Source of the DNA: Candidatus Thermofontivivens primus
GTDB taxonomy: Bacteria > Sysuimicrobiota > Sysuimicrobiia > Sysuimicrobiales > Thermofontiviventaceae
Length of the DNA: 64,000 nucleotides
Direction of reading: 5' to 3'
Assembly: GCA_031458695.1 (NCBI GenBank)
Contig: JAVKJW010000011.1
Location: forward strand, 8,717 to 72,716
Under the pieces are notes generated by a model. It saw nothing but the letters and a program-made list of their open reading frames with translations. It made no database searches and was not told where the DNA came from. Below, in pieces: positions 27,721 through 37,703 of this stretch (its first letter is position 1; each line of letters begins with the position of its first letter). The translations under genes were made by a program, and so were the position numbers.

Positions 27721-28521
27721 ATGAGGGGGGGCCCGGGGATCGCCGTGCCGAAGGAAGCACAAGAGACTGCGTTACTGAGAGCAGAAAAGCTTACCAAACG
27801 ATTCGGCAAACTGACGGCCGTGGACAGGGTGGACTATGTCCTCCGGGAGGGAGAAGTGGCAGGGATCGTGGGGCCCAACGGGGCGGGAAAGACAACATTC
27901 TTTAACCTCCTTACGGGATATCATCTCCCTGACGAAGGCTCCATCCTGTACCAGGGTGAGGAGATTACCCGGGCTACCCCTCAGAAGCGCGTTGCCCTGG
28001 GGCTAATGCGAACCTTTCAGCTTACCTCCACGTTCGACGGCCTCACTGTGCTGGACAACCTAGTGCTCTCCTACTTCCGCGCCAACCGCAAGGCCACGAT
28101 CCCTTCCCTTCTCCGAAACACTTGTCGCGCCTTTTACAATGATCATGACATTGGGACATTGCTGCAGATGTTCGAGCTGGATCACTTGCGACACCGCATG
28201 GTGCGACATCTGAGCTTGGGCGAGAAACGCCGGCTCGAGATTGCCATGGCGATTGTGGCAGACCCCAAGGTCCTGCTCTTGGATGAGCCATTCGCTGGGC
28301 TTAGCGAGATGGAGATCCGGAGCGTTGTGGGAATCCTCAGAGAACAAGCGAGGAGGCGAACGATCGTTGTGATTGAACACAAAGTATCCCACTTGGAAGG
28401 GCTCGTGGATCGCCTTACTGTGATGCATGAGGGCCGGATCATTGCTGACGGCGAGTTCGAGGAGTGCTTACGGGATCCAGAGGTGCGAAGGAGCTACTGG
28501 CGGGTATCGGAGGTCACATGA
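27721..28521 (+). CDS. Liv-type ABC ATPase (LivG-like)
   Basis: GPNGAGKTT, LSLGEKRRLE, LLLDEP. Confidence 0.93.
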   Translation: MRGGPGIAVPKEAQETALLRAEKLTKRFGKLTAVDRVDYVLREGEVAGIVGPNGAGKTTFFNLLTGYHLPDEGSILYQGEEITRATPQKRVALGLMRTFQLTSTFDGLTVLDNLVLSYFRANRKATIPSLLRNTCRAFYNDHDIGTLLQMFELDHLRHRMVRHLSLGEKRRLEIAMAIVADPKVLLLDEPFAGLSEMEIRSVVGILREQARRRTIVVIEHKVSHLEGLVDRLTVMHEGRIIADGEFEECLRDPEVRRSYWRVSEVT

Positions 28522-29246
28522 GGGACGTTCCGTGGTCAGGAACTGGGAGTGACGGTGCAGACACGAAGGCCCTGGTGGTGGAGGGGCTGGATGTCTCCTA
28601 CGGGGATGCAAAGGTTCTCTTCGGGGTAAGCCTGCGGGTGGAGGAAGGGCAGCTCGTCGCGTGTGTGGGCCGAAATGGGGCTGGGAAGACCACTTTGTTG
28701 CGCACCATCGCTGGATTCCTCCGCCCAAGCGCCGGGCGGATCCGCTATGGAGACGTTGACCTGGTAGGATGGAAGCCGTACGAGATTGCCCGGCTAGGGA
28801 TCCGATACGTGCAACAGGACAAGCGGGTGTTCTCGGATCTTACCGTCCGCGAGAACCTCGAGCTGGCGAGCTATGCGACAGGCGATCGAAACTGGGACAT
28901 CGTGTTCCACTACTTCCCAAAGTTGAAGGAGCTACTGGATCGAAAGGGAGGGTACCTCAGCGGGGGAGAGCGACAAATGTTGATGATCGGCCGTGCGTTG
29001 CTTGGAAATCCCAAGGTTCTGCTGATTGACGAACCGACCGAGGGATTAGCCCCAAGCATTGTGGAACTCCTGCGCGATGTGTTCCGGGAGCTCAAGAAAA
29101 GTTCGAGTGTGGTGATAGTGGAGCAGAACCTGCCCCTGGTGGCTGATGTCGCGGATAAGGTCTACGCGGTGAAGGAGGGCCGGATCGCTGCAGAGATCAG
29201 TGACGCGCAGGCCATCAAGGGCCATGCCTATGAGCAATACCTGTGA
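28518..29246 (+). CDS. Liv-type ABC ATPase (LivF-like)
   Basis: GRNGAGKTT, LSGGERQM, DEPTEGLAP, VEQN. Confidence 0.93.
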   Translation: MRDVPWSGTGSDGADTKALVVEGLDVSYGDAKVLFGVSLRVEEGQLVACVGRNGAGKTTLLRTIAGFLRPSAGRIRYGDVDLVGWKPYEIARLGIRYVQQDKRVFSDLTVRENLELASYATGDRNWDIVFHYFPKLKELLDRKGGYLSGGERQMLMIGRALLGNPKVLLIDEPTEGLAPSIVELLRDVFRELKKSSSVVIVEQNLPLVADVADKVYAVKEGRIAAEISDAQAIKGHAYEQYL

Positions 29247-30270
29247 TCCAGCCATGCGCGACCTTGAAGCAAATGTGCCGAGCTTGAAGCGTACTCTCGC
29301 AGAGAGGATGCTGGGTACCCTGAAATGGTGGGTGGGAATTCTGGTGCCTTTTGGGGTCCTCGGCCTGGCCGGGTGGATTTTGCCTCTGCCGTTCGTGATG
29401 GAAGTGCTGATCTTCTCCATCTACACCATGGCATGCAACTTCCTCTTGGGGCGACTGGGGTTCATCTCCTTCGGGCAACCAGCCTATCTCGCGGCAGGTG
29501 CCTATGGAACGGCTTTCTACCTCTACTATTTTGGGACCGACCCTTATATGGGGATTGTTGCAGGGGTCCTTGCAGGGTTCGTGGTCTCGGCGCTGGCTGG
29601 CGCTGTGTTCGTGCGCCTTCGCAGCGACTACTTCGCTCTTGTGAACCTTGCTCTGACAGTGATCGTCTTTTATATGCTCCAAAAGGTCCTGGCACCCATT
29701 ACCCATGGGGATAATGGGTTATGGTTCTTGGACCGTATGCGGAATACCCCAGTTTTAGACATCACGAATCCTCGTCAGCTCGCACTATTGATATGGCTGG
29801 TTGCGGTTGCGCTATGGGCCTTCTACAAATACATCGATGGCACAATATTCGGTGCCTGTTGTTTGGCAACCAAAACAAATGAGGACAAGGTCAAGTTCTT
29901 GGGGTACAACGATTTTGCCATTCGGTGGACGGGGTTTGTTCTCGCCAATACTACTGCAGCGCTCGCGGGGAGCCTATATGGGATTTACTTCGGGTTCGTG
30001 AGCCCGGAGATGGCCAGCGCAGCGAGAGCAGCCGATCCTGTTGTCGTTACGATCCTGGGAGGAACAGGGACGCTCTATGGACCGCTGGTAGGAGCCCTGG
30101 CATATGTGGGGATGAAGGACCTCGTCAGCCGGCTTGTGGGGAACTGGGAGTTCTTCGTAGGGTTGCTCCTCGTCACGGTGATGCTGGCGGGCGAGAAAGG
30201 AATCTGGGGGACACTTCAGCCCATTGCCCAACGCTGGGTAGGGCGATGGGTATCTGAGTCCCGGGAGTAG
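29230..30270 (+). CDS. Liv-type ABC permease (LivM-like); start uncertain
   Basis: GFISFGQPAY, RLRSDYFAL, THGDNG, ILGGTGTLYGP. Confidence 0.9.
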   Translation: MSNTCDPAMRDLEANVPSLKRTLAERMLGTLKWWVGILVPFGVLGLAGWILPLPFVMEVLIFSIYTMACNFLLGRLGFISFGQPAYLAAGAYGTAFYLYYFGTDPYMGIVAGVLAGFVVSALAGAVFVRLRSDYFALVNLALTVIVFYMLQKVLAPITHGDNGLWFLDRMRNTPVLDITNPRQLALLIWLVAVALWAFYKYIDGTIFGACCLATKTNEDKVKFLGYNDFAIRWTGFVLANTTAALAGSLYGIYFGFVSPEMASAARAADPVVVTILGGTGTLYGPLVGALAYVGMKDLVSRLVGNWEFFVGLLLVTVMLAGEKGIWGTLQPIAQRWVGRWVSESRE

Positions 30271-30277
30271 GGTAGCT

Positions 30278-31147
30278 ATGGAAGGCAATATCTGGATATC
30301 CGGTGTCATCTACGGACTGAGCATGGGGAGTATTTTCTTCCTCCTCGCAGTGGGCCTCTCCCTGTGCTTCGGCCTGATGCGGATCATCAGCCTGGATCAA
30401 TTGCTGTATTACTCCCTGGGCGCCTACATAGCCTACACAGTTGAGACGGCGATCCATCAGCCGTGGTTGTCCGTCCTCTCTGGAGCGCTCGCAGCAGGGA
30501 TCGCAAGCCTCGTTGTGGAGCGGTGGGTTTTTTACCGAATCTACGCGCGCGAGCTGACCTTCACCATGATCACCTCGTTTGGGATCCTCATTGGTGGAGT
30601 GGGAGCGATCAAGTACGTTTGGGGACTGATTCCACGCCCCGCGAGCATCCCGGTAGACATCCAAGTTTCCATCCTGGGAACCCCGGTACCCGTGTACCGG
30701 TTGATCATCGTGGCGATCGCCGCCGGGGTGTATGTTGCCATTCAGATTGTGTTGAACCGCACGGTCATAGGCAAGGCGATTCGCGCGGCAGTAGAGGATG
30801 TGGACCAGGTAGAAGGCCTGGGAGTGGATGTCTATCGACTCTTTACGTTGACCTTTGTGGGGGCAGGGATGCTCTCGGGTCTAGCCGGTGCTCTTCACGC
30901 CCCCCTGGTGATGGTCGATCCACAAATGGGACTTGAGGTGGTACCGTTCGTTTTTATGGTGGTGATCATCGGCGGGCTGGGAAGCATCAAAGGGACGTTA
31001 GTTTCGGCATTCCTCGTGGGGCAGGTGGTCTCACTGGGTTCCTTGATATATGCACCCCTGGCCCAGATGGCACCGTTCGTGGCGATGCTTATGGTTCTCC
31101 TTGTGAAACCCACCGGGTTGTACGGCAGCCCGCTGCTCCGGCGATAA
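30278..31147 (+). CDS. Liv-type ABC permease (LivH-like)
   Basis: LLAVGLSLCFGLMRII, GKAIRA, VIIGGLGS, KPTGLYG. Confidence 0.92.
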   Translation: MEGNIWISGVIYGLSMGSIFFLLAVGLSLCFGLMRIISLDQLLYYSLGAYIAYTVETAIHQPWLSVLSGALAAGIASLVVERWVFYRIYARELTFTMITSFGILIGGVGAIKYVWGLIPRPASIPVDIQVSILGTPVPVYRLIIVAIAAGVYVAIQIVLNRTVIGKAIRAAVEDVDQVEGLGVDVYRLFTLTFVGAGMLSGLAGALHAPLVMVDPQMGLEVVPFVFMVVIIGGLGSIKGTLVSAFLVGQVVSLGSLIYAPLAQMAPFVAMLMVLLVKPTGLYGSPLLRR

Positions 31148-31177
31148 GGAAGGTCCAATGGGGACACCTTGTACTGG

Positions 31178-31207
31178 ACGAATATTGTATAAAATGATAT
31201 AATATCC
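31178..31207 (+). promoter_or_regulatory. 30-bp promoter/operator, copy 2, directly before gntR
   Basis: acgaatattgtataaaatgatataatatcc; gntR ATG lies 12 nt after TATAAT with no SD. Confidence 0.85.
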
Positions 31208-31215
31208 ACACAGCG

Positions 31216-31905
31216 ATGCACCTTAGTGATCTTGCCTCTCTTGCGGTCCAGAGGTACCGAACGACCCCAGCCCTCATCGCGGAGGTGCTCCGGGAAGCGA
31301 TTCTCAGGGGGATCCTGGAGGGTGGGATGCAGCTCCGGCAGGATGAGATTGCCAAATCCTTCGGGGTAAGTCGGATCCCCGTCCGCGAAGCCCTGCGACA
31401 GCTCGCGGGCGAAGGACTTGTGGAGTTTAAACCTCACCGCGGGGCCATTGTCTCCACGCTCTCTACAGAGGAGATCCGGGAAATCTACGAGATCCGGATC
31501 GCCCTCGAGACCATGGCTATCCAGCTCGCCGTCCCGCAACTCACTGAGGAGGATTTAGCTCGAGCGGAGCAGATCCTTGAGGAGATCGACCGAGAGACGG
31601 ATACGGGGAGATGGAGCGAGCTGAACGGGGAATTCCACGCCACACTTTATGCCCCAGCAAAGCGCCCCCATCTTTTCTCCTTGATCAATACCCACAGGAC
31701 CAATGTGGATCGCTACCTGCGCATCTATATCTCCGTCATGAAACGAAAGCAGCGGTCCCAAGCAGAACACCGCAGAATCCTTGAGGCTTGTAGACGGAGG
31801 GATACCGAAGGGGCGGTGAAAGCATTGGAGGAGCACTTGCGAAGCGCATCTGAACAGCTCGTGACTTACCTCGAGAAGGGACAAGAAAGAGCTGTAAAGA
31901 GCTAG
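31216..31905 (+). CDS. GntR/FadR-family regulator (FCD domain)
   Basis: LRQDEIAKSFGVSRIPVREALRQL, NGEFH, EHRRIL, EEHL. Confidence 0.95.
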   Translation: MHLSDLASLAVQRYRTTPALIAEVLREAILRGILEGGMQLRQDEIAKSFGVSRIPVREALRQLAGEGLVEFKPHRGAIVSTLSTEEIREIYEIRIALETMAIQLAVPQLTEEDLARAEQILEEIDRETDTGRWSELNGEFHATLYAPAKRPHLFSLINTHRTNVDRYLRIYISVMKRKQRSQAEHRRILEACRRRDTEGAVKALEEHLRSASEQLVTYLEKGQERAVKS

Positions 31906-31951
31906 GCCGGACCTCCAAGGTTCTGGCCTGATCATGATGCAGGAGGATGTG

Positions 31952-32947
31952 ATGGCCGGGTTCAAGGTGGTGGTGACCGACTACGTATTCCCCTCCCTAG
32001 ATATTGAGCGTGAGATCCTTGGGGCCATTGGGGCCGAGCTGGTGCCCATGCAGGCTACTTCAGAGGAAGAGATCCTCGAAGCTGCAAGGGATGCCGATGG
32101 CCTCCTCGTGTGCTATGCTCCCGTCACGCGGCGGGTGATCGAAGGGCTCCGGAAGTGCCGGATCATCGCTCGCTACGGCATCGGGGTGGACAACGTTGCG
32201 GTCGACGCCGCAGCAGAGAGAGGGATCATCGTGACCAACGTCCCCGATTACTGCATCGAGGAGGTGAGCGACCACGCGCTGGCTCTCCTCCTCGCCTGCG
32301 CCCGCCGGATTTCCTATCTTGACCGCAAGGTCCGGAGCGGCCGCTGGGAAGCAAAAGATGCGGTCCCGATCTTCCGATTGCGAGGACAGGTTCTCGGCCT
32401 CGTGGGTTTTGGCAAGATCCCGCGGAACCTCGCAAAAAAGGCGAAGGCCCTGGGCCTGGAGGTAATCGCCTATGACCCCTATATAGGCGCAGCGGACATG
32501 GAAGCCCAAGGAGTTGAGAAGGTCGAGCTGGAGACATTGCTCCGCAGGGCCGACTTCGTTTCCATCCACACACCCCTCACCGCAGAGACACGGGGATTGA
32601 TCGGCGAAGCCCAGCTCCGGATGATGAAGCCGACAGCTTACCTCATCAACACTGCCCGCGGCCCAATCGTCAAGGAATCCGCGCTGGTCCGGGCTCTCCA
32701 GGAGGGATGGATTGCTGGGGCGGCGCTCGATGTCTTAGAGACCGAGCCCCCTCCCAGGGACCACTCTCTCTTTGCCTTGGACAACGTCATTCTGACCCCG
32801 CATGTGGGCTTTTACTCTGAGGAGTCTCTTCGAGAACTCCAGCGGAAGGCAGCAGAGGAGGTTGCGCGAGTTCTTACAGGCCAATCTCCTCGCTATCCGG
32901 TCACACCACTACCAACACAAACAAGGAGAGAAGGAGGTTTGCAATGA
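31952..32947 (+). CDS. D-2-hydroxyacid dehydrogenase (CtBP/SerA-like)
   Basis: RYGIGVDN, GFGKIP, INTARG, LDVLETEP, LTPHVGFYSEES. Confidence 0.93.
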   Translation: MAGFKVVVTDYVFPSLDIEREILGAIGAELVPMQATSEEEILEAARDADGLLVCYAPVTRRVIEGLRKCRIIARYGIGVDNVAVDAAAERGIIVTNVPDYCIEEVSDHALALLLACARRISYLDRKVRSGRWEAKDAVPIFRLRGQVLGLVGFGKIPRNLAKKAKALGLEVIAYDPYIGAADMEAQGVEKVELETLLRRADFVSIHTPLTAETRGLIGEAQLRMMKPTAYLINTARGPIVKESALVRALQEGWIAGAALDVLETEPPPRDHSLFALDNVILTPHVGFYSEESLRELQRKAAEEVARVLTGQSPRYPVTPLPTQTRREGGLQ

Positions 32948-34164
32948 GCACGCCTTGGTTCACCGATCGTTGGTTCACAAGCCCCCACAACTTCGCCGAG
33001 GAGGTTCGCGCGGGCTTGCAATTCCCGGAGAAGATCCAGTTCCATGACATCACCCTCCGCGATGGAGAACAGCAAGCAGGCGTCGTATTCACCAAGGAAG
33101 ACAAGATCCGGATCGCGGAGAAGCTAGCCGAGGTGGGGGTCCATCGCATCGAGGCTGGGATGCCCACGGTCTCTAAGTCGGATGAGGAAGCGATTAAGGA
33201 GATTGTCAAGCGCAACCTGGGCCCGAAGATCTTTGCCTTCTCCCGCTGCATGGTCTCGGACATCCAGCGGGCAGTCGATTGCGGCGTGGAGGGCGTCGTA
33301 GTCGAGATCCCCAGCAGCGAGCACATCATCGAGCTGGGATACCAGTGGCCACTGCAAAAGGCCATTGACCTTTCCGTAGAAGCTACGCGGTACGCAAAAG
33401 AGCAAGGGCTTTATGTGGTTTTCTTTCCCATCGATGCCACGAGAGCGGATCCTAATTGGTTTCTCAACCTGATTGAACAAGTAGCCACCCATGGGCACAT
33501 GGATGCCCTGGTTCTCGTGGACACGTTCGGCGGATCATCTCCACACGCGATCTCCTACTTTACGCGGAAGGTCCGGGAGCGTATCAGGAAACCCCTTGAG
33601 GCGCATTTCCACGATGACTTCGGCATGGCCGTCGCCAACACCATTATGGCGCTCTCCTTAGGTGTGGAGGTAGCGCACGTAACGGTCTCCTCCCTGGGCG
33701 AACGGGCGGGGAATTGTGCCCTGGAGGATCTTGCTATGGCTCTCCTGACTCTCTACGGGATTGATGTGGGCCTGCGTTACGAAAAACTCTACGAGCTGTC
33801 CAAACTGGTGCGGGAGCTGGCGGGGATCTCTATCCCTCCGAACCGTCCTATTGTGGGAGATATGCTCTTCAAGGTGGAGTCGGGGATCATTGCAACGTGG
33901 CTCGCCCGGCTTAAGGACAAGCGCCCGGTAGAACTCTTCCCCTTCCACTGGAACCTCGTCGGTCAGGAGCCAGCGGAAATCGTCCTCGGGAAGGGGAGTG
34001 GTCGCGATTCCATTCTGTACTACCTGGCGGCACTGGGGTACAATGTCCCCTCTGAGGACTCGCGCGTGGACGAGATCCTCCAGCGGGTGAAGGAACGTTC
34101 CCTTGCGAAGAAGGGGTTGCTCACCATTGAGGAGTTCAAGGAGACAGTAGAACAGGTCCTATGA
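32944..34164 (+). CDS. DRE-TIM acyltransferase (homocitrate/isopropylmalate/citramalate synthase-like), no LeuA regulatory domain
   Basis: DITLRDGEQ, HFHDDFGMAVAN, GERAGN. Confidence 0.88.
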   Translation: MSTPWFTDRWFTSPHNFAEEVRAGLQFPEKIQFHDITLRDGEQQAGVVFTKEDKIRIAEKLAEVGVHRIEAGMPTVSKSDEEAIKEIVKRNLGPKIFAFSRCMVSDIQRAVDCGVEGVVVEIPSSEHIIELGYQWPLQKAIDLSVEATRYAKEQGLYVVFFPIDATRADPNWFLNLIEQVATHGHMDALVLVDTFGGSSPHAISYFTRKVRERIRKPLEAHFHDDFGMAVANTIMALSLGVEVAHVTVSSLGERAGNCALEDLAMALLTLYGIDVGLRYEKLYELSKLVRELAGISIPPNRPIVGDMLFKVESGIIATWLARLKDKRPVELFPFHWNLVGQEPAEIVLGKGSGRDSILYYLAALGYNVPSEDSRVDEILQRVKERSLAKKGLLTIEEFKETVEQVL

Positions 34165-35159
34165 GAAGCCAGGACATCAGGACCATTGATGTGCACAGCC
34201 ACTTCTTTCCAGCTTCATTCCTCCAGCTCGTGCAGGAGGAGGGCCCCCGACACGGTGCCCGCGTGGAGGTGCGGGAGGTAGCCCTGCTCGCGATGCCAGG
34301 CCATCCGCAGGTGCGTCTCATCCCCCCATTCGTGGACGTGGGAGCACGCGTAGAGGCCATGGACGCAATGGGGATCGACGTCCAGGCGCTCTCCCTCCCT
34401 CCTCCCATGGTGTACTGGGCCCCAGCGGATCTGGGAAGGGAGCTCGCCCGGGCCTTTAACGATGGGATCTTGGATGTGTGTCGTCGTGTGCCAGGAAGAT
34501 TTGTGGGCCTGGCCACTCTCCCTTTACAGGACATCGACGCCTCCTTGGAAGAGATGGAGCGGTCGGTTCGAGATCTCGGGATGCGTGGAATCCACGTTGG
34601 GGCGAGCGTGAACGGGAGCTATCTCGACGATCCTCGCTTCCTGCCAATGTGGGAGCTAGCCCACGCGCTGGATGTCACTGTGTTCACACACCCACAGATC
34701 AACGTAGCGAGAGAGGTCCTGGACAGGCACCACCTCTTCAATACCTTGGGTTTCCCTATGGATACTACGGTGATGGCGGCACGCATGATCTACTCTGGGC
34801 TTTTGGAGCGCCTCCCCAAACTCCGGATTGTCCTGGCCCATGGAGGGGGCGTCCTCCCGTACCTGTTGGGACGCCTCGATCATAGCTACAGCCAGCGGAG
34901 GGAGTGCCAAGAAGCTATTCCAGAACCTCCGTCCCGGTATATGAGGAACTTCTACTTTGACACACTCACACATAGCGATGCAGCTCTGTCGTTCCTGATC
35001 AGTGTGGTCGGCCCCAACCGTATCGTCCTGGGGACCGATGCGCCTTTTGATATGGCCGATCGGAGCTCTGTCGCTCGTGTGAGGCGGTTAGGCCTTTCAC
35101 AAGAGATGGAGTCTGCTGTGCTCAAAGATACCGCTTGCATGCTCCTGAAGATGAAATAG
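34161..35159 (+). CDS. Amidohydrolase_2 family (ACMSD-like decarboxylase/hydratase)
   Basis: DVHSH, FTHP, AHGGG, LGTDAPF. Confidence 0.9.
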   Translation: MRSQDIRTIDVHSHFFPASFLQLVQEEGPRHGARVEVREVALLAMPGHPQVRLIPPFVDVGARVEAMDAMGIDVQALSLPPPMVYWAPADLGRELARAFNDGILDVCRRVPGRFVGLATLPLQDIDASLEEMERSVRDLGMRGIHVGASVNGSYLDDPRFLPMWELAHALDVTVFTHPQINVAREVLDRHHLFNTLGFPMDTTVMAARMIYSGLLERLPKLRIVLAHGGGVLPYLLGRLDHSYSQRRECQEAIPEPPSRYMRNFYFDTLTHSDAALSFLISVVGPNRIVLGTDAPFDMADRSSVARVRRLGLSQEMESAVLKDTACMLLKMK

Positions 35160-35194
35160 TCAAACAAGAGATACGAGATGGGGGAGGGGTGAGT

Positions 35195-36454
35195 ATGGCA
35201 TACCATGAGTTCTTGCAAGGGTACCATGAGTATCAACCCCGTCGTGTGTACAGCACGACGGCCACGGACTGGCAGGCACGGGTGGACTTTGCTCGGATGC
35301 GCCGGGACCGGCTCCAGCGCGCTCGGGAGCAAATGGAGCGATTCGACCTGGGTGGTTTGATCCTGTTTGTTGGAGAGAACATCCGCTATGTTACCGGAGT
35401 GTGGCAGGGGAACTGGAAGAACAACATCTTCATCCGCTACTGCGTCCTACCGCGTGGCAAGCCTCCGGTCTTGTTTGAGACGGTAGGTTCCGACATGATC
35501 TGCGCACAGATTGACGCGCCGTGGCTTGAGGCGGAGATCCGCCCCGCGATCACCTGGAAGTGGGCGGAGGATGCGGAAGAGGAGATGGCCAAGCGCATGG
35601 CCCAGAGCGTGTACGATGTCCTCAAAGAGGCAGGGGTGGAGAAGGAAAAGATCGGCATTGATGTGATGGATATGCGGGCGTACCAGGCACTCACTGGGCT
35701 TGGGCTGAACATTGTCAACGGCTGGCCAGCTATGTCAGCTGCTCGCGTGGTGAAGACTCCTGATGAGTTGGAGTGTTTGAAGATTGCTGCTGCGCATGGG
35801 GATGCGGCCATGTGGATGGCCATGCACGAGTGGGCGAAGCCCGGGGTACGTGAGTCCGAGGTTTGTGCCAAGATCAATGAGTATCTGTACCGTAGCGGGT
35901 TTGACTTTGTCTATGACATTATCGTGGCGAGTGGCGGGAACACCAGCCCCTACCGGCGCTGGCATACGGACAAGATCATCCGGCAGGGAGACTTAATGAT
36001 TGTAGATATCAATGCCATTGGGCCTGGGGGGTATTTTGTGGACTTCGTCCGGTGCTGGAAGGTTGCCGCTAAGCCTACTCCCAAGGAGAAGGACCTCTAC
36101 AAGTATTGCTATGATTCCCTGTATGCGGGGATCGAGGCCCTGCGGCCAGGTGCAACCACTGCGGATGTAGCAGCCAAGTTCCCCGAGTATGATGATGACA
36201 AGTATGGCAGTGTAAGCCTCCAGCAGTTCGCCCACAGCATTGGGCTCTCCCTTTACGAGGGGATGTGGATCTCCCGGGCCTACTCCCTGAAGTACCCTGC
36301 GGAGATCAAGCAGAACATGTACTTCGCCATCGAGACCTTCTCGGGGTTCCCTGGGCTGGAGCAGACGGTGCGCCTAGAGGAGAACGTGTGTGTTACTGAC
36401 AAAGGGCCTGTCCTCTTCACCCTCTGCGAACATCCGGAGTACTGGTGGGAGTGA
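35195..36454 (+). CDS. M24 family (Xaa-Pro peptidase/creatinase fold) hydrolase
   Basis: ENIRYVTG; metal ligands IVD..YFVD..AHSIG..AIET..RLEE. Confidence 0.9.
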   Translation: MAYHEFLQGYHEYQPRRVYSTTATDWQARVDFARMRRDRLQRAREQMERFDLGGLILFVGENIRYVTGVWQGNWKNNIFIRYCVLPRGKPPVLFETVGSDMICAQIDAPWLEAEIRPAITWKWAEDAEEEMAKRMAQSVYDVLKEAGVEKEKIGIDVMDMRAYQALTGLGLNIVNGWPAMSAARVVKTPDELECLKIAAAHGDAAMWMAMHEWAKPGVRESEVCAKINEYLYRSGFDFVYDIIVASGGNTSPYRRWHTDKIIRQGDLMIVDINAIGPGGYFVDFVRCWKVAAKPTPKEKDLYKYCYDSLYAGIEALRPGATTADVAAKFPEYDDDKYGSVSLQQFAHSIGLSLYEGMWISRAYSLKYPAEIKQNMYFAIETFSGFPGLEQTVRLEENVCVTDKGPVLFTLCEHPEYWWE

Positions 36455-36490
36455 GTGAAGAGGGAAGAGAAAGTTTCCTGCAACCTAAGC

Positions 36491-36530
36491 AAGTACCCCC
36501 GGCAAAAGTCCAAGACTTTTGCCGGGGGGG
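36491..36530. repeat. Dispersed palindromic repeat, copy B
   Basis: aagtacccccggcaaaagtc-caa-gacttttgccggggggg, a perfect long stem. Confidence 0.8.
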
Positions 36531-36604
36531 CGCCAAAATCCGTCTATGGGATTGCGGGATGTGTGGTGATCTAGTGGTAGGTAGACGGGGGAGGGTGACG
36601 GGGT

Positions 36605-36843
36605 ATGTCGGCGGTGAGAGTTGCAGGGATTGGGTTTGGGATTTTTGGAGTGTTCGTTGGGGTGGGCGCTCTTCGTCTTGGGGTCGGAGGCTGGCACAAC
36701 CCTGGCGCAGGCTTCTTCCCCCAAGACCCATCGGAATCGCTCTCTTGATCCTCATCCTGTTCACCCTGTACGACGGTGTCTTCAGGGCTGGGAAGGTCCG
36801 GAGGGTTCGCCTCCCCTTAGAAGCTGTGAGAGGAGAGCACTGA
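36605..36843 (+). pseudogene. TctB-like remnant (frameshifted and shortened)
   Basis: MSAVRVAGIGFGIFGVFVGVGALRLGVGGWHNPGAGFFP, then a frameshift near 36725 into PIGIALLILILFTLY..VRLP. Confidence 0.55.
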
Positions 36844-37697
36844 TGGAGTTCTGGATCGTACAAGCCCTCAACGGCCTCTCTTTTGGGGCGCTTCTTTTCC
36901 TCCTGGCAAGCGGCCTCTCTCTCATCTTCGGGCTGATGCGGATTGTGAACATCAGCCATGGGTCCTACTACCTGCTTGGTGCGTACATTGGACTCTCTCT
37001 CGTGAAGGCCACGGGGAACTTCCTTGCGGCTATCCTTGGAGCGGTGGCTGTTGTGGGCGCTATCGGCGTGATGATGCAACGGTTTTTCCTCGCCCGATTG
37101 TACCGTCAGGAGCAGGCTCAGGTTCTCCTCACCATGGGATTCGCCTTCATGTTTGCAGATATCGCGCTATGGCTCTGGGGTGGGGATCCCCAGCGCATCC
37201 CCACCCCAGGATTCGTGGCGAGGTCCCTCGCTATCGGGCCCGTGGTATTCCCTGCCTACAGGCTCCTGGTTATCGGAGTGGGGATTGTTGTGGCTGTCCT
37301 CCTCTGGCTCTTCCAGGAGAAGACGCGCATCGGGGCAATGGTGCGAGCCGCGGTGGATGATCAGGAGATGGCGCGGGGATTGGGCATCGACGTGAACAGG
37401 ATTATGACGGCCATGTTCTTGGCGGGGGCAGCCCTTGCTGCCTTCGGAGGTGTGATGGGGGGGCCCTTCCTGGGTGTTTACCCGGGCCTCGATTTCGAGG
37501 TGATCCCTCTAGCATTCGCAGTGGTGATCATTGGGGGGTTAGGGAGCCTCCAGGGCGCAGTCGTGGGCAGCCTCTTGGTGGGCCTTGTGGATAATTTCGG
37601 AAAAGCGCTATTCCCGGAGTTCTCCTACTTCACCCTGTTCATCCCCATGGCCCTAGTTTTGGCCATCTGGCCAACAGGACTGTTCGGCCGGAGGTAA
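36843..37697 (+). CDS. Liv-type ABC permease (LivH-like)
   Basis: LLASGLSLIFGLMRIVNISHG, VIIGGLGS. Confidence 0.93.
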   Translation: MEFWIVQALNGLSFGALLFLLASGLSLIFGLMRIVNISHGSYYLLGAYIGLSLVKATGNFLAAILGAVAVVGAIGVMMQRFFLARLYRQEQAQVLLTMGFAFMFADIALWLWGGDPQRIPTPGFVARSLAIGPVVFPAYRLLVIGVGIVVAVLLWLFQEKTRIGAMVRAAVDDQEMARGLGIDVNRIMTAMFLAGAALAAFGGVMGGPFLGVYPGLDFEVIPLAFAVVIIGGLGSLQGAVVGSLLVGLVDNFGKALFPEFSYFTLFIPMALVLAIWPTGLFGRR

Positions 37698-37703
37698 CAC
37701 ACA

